Position numbers and translations under genes: made by a program. This document shows, piece after piece, positions 63,259 through 64,000 of a stretch of 64,000 nt of DNA. The stretch is taken from positions 1,152,001 through 1,216,000 of the forward strand of contig OY764159.1 in NCBI GenBank assembly GCA_963668175.1, read 5' to 3'. The stretch is from Syntrophales bacterium. Lineage in GTDB: Bacteria > Desulfobacterota > Syntrophia > Syntrophales > PHBD01. Every line of letters starts with the position of its first letter. The first letter of the stretch is position 1. The notes beneath the pieces were generated by a model, which was not told where the DNA came from, did no database searches, and saw only the letters and a list, made by a program, of their open reading frames with translations.

Positions 63259-64000
63259 ATGAAGACAGTCAGGTTGGGCAAGACGAATCTGATGGTTGCC
63301 GAGTTGGGATTCGGCGGTATTCCCATTATCCCGTTGTCTGTGGAAGAAGGGGCGGCCGTCGTCCGCCACTGCTACGATCTCGGGATTACCTTTTTCGATA
63401 CGGCGAATATTTACGGAGACAGCGAAAAGAAGATAGGGATTGCCCTTGCGGATGTCCGGGGCAAGATCGTCCTCGCCACCAAGTCGCTGCGGCGGGACGC
63501 AGAGGGCATAGCCGGCCATATAAGCAGCAGCCTCGAAAATCTCAGGACGGACAGGCTCGATATCTACCAGCTTCATAATATCTCGAACGACGATACGGTG
63601 CGGCAGATCTTCGCCCCTGGCGGCGCTTACGAGGCGGCGGAAAAAGCGAAACGGGAAGGAAAAATCCGTTTTATCAGCTTCTCCTCCCACAACGTGGCCA
63701 TTGCCATTAAGATGTGCCGCACGGGGCGGTTCGCGACGGTTCAGATCCCGTTCAATTTTATCGAAACGGAGCCGGCGGACGAACTTTTTCAGGTCGCCCG
63801 CGAACTCGACATGGGGATCATCGCCATGAAGCCCCTGGGCGGAGGACTCCTGGAACGCGCCGATCTCTGTTTCAAGTTTCTACAGCAATATCCGGAAGTC
63901 CTCCCGATTGCCGGCGTCGCCTCCAGGGAGGAGATGGACGAGATCGCCACCCTGTACCGGGCGCCCCAGCCCCTTTCCGAGGCCGACCGGGCCAACATGG
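63259..64000 (+). CDS. Aldo/keto reductase (3'-truncated by window edge; missing from the ORF track)
   Basis: Manual translation: MKTVRLGKTNLMVAELGFGGIPI...GITFFDTANIYGDSE...LATK...LDIYQLHN...IAMKPLGGG. Confidence 0.93.
   Translation, partial: MKTVRLGKTNLMVAELGFGGIPIIPLSVEEGAAVVRHCYDLGITFFDTANIYGDSEKKIGIALADVRGKIVLATKSLRRDAEGIAGHISSSLENLRTDRLDIYQLHNISNDDTVRQIFAPGGAYEAAEKAKREGKIRFISFSSHNVAIAIKMCRTGRFATVQIPFNFIETEPADELFQVARELDMGIIAMKPLGGGLLERADLCFKFLQQYPEVLPIAGVASREEMDEIATLYRAPQPLSEADRANM

Overview
A GC-rich chromosomal segment from an anaerobic bacterium. Gene content and order suggest a Syntrophales-like deltaproteobacterium (inference). The backbone is housekeeping: kdnA-like/hldD, recA-recX-alaS, pgk-truA-rmlD, mutL-miaA, valS-nadC-birA-coaX-coaE-carbonic anhydrase-queF-yhhQ, glnS, serC-serA-purA, radA and nrdJ, plus tRNA-Lys(UUU) and tRNA-Arg(ACG). 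No integrase, transposase or CRISPR array was seen. The main finding is a MerB-like organometal lyase gene (59198-59956) that the ORF track breaks into pieces. It has two in-frame UGA codons at the positions of both MerB catalytic cysteines, each followed by a SECIS-like hairpin, so it is a probable two-selenocysteine enzyme. It sits in an operon with an SRPBCC-like protein and a cysteine-free MerR regulator behind a 19-bp-spacer promoter. Other notable signals: a second tandem NrdR operator in front of a structured, possibly switchable RNA leader that does not precede a ribonucleotide reductase within the window; sigma-54 promoters before a PEP-CTERM gene and a large lipoprotein operon; an orphan lsrF operon; and several small unannotated proteins.
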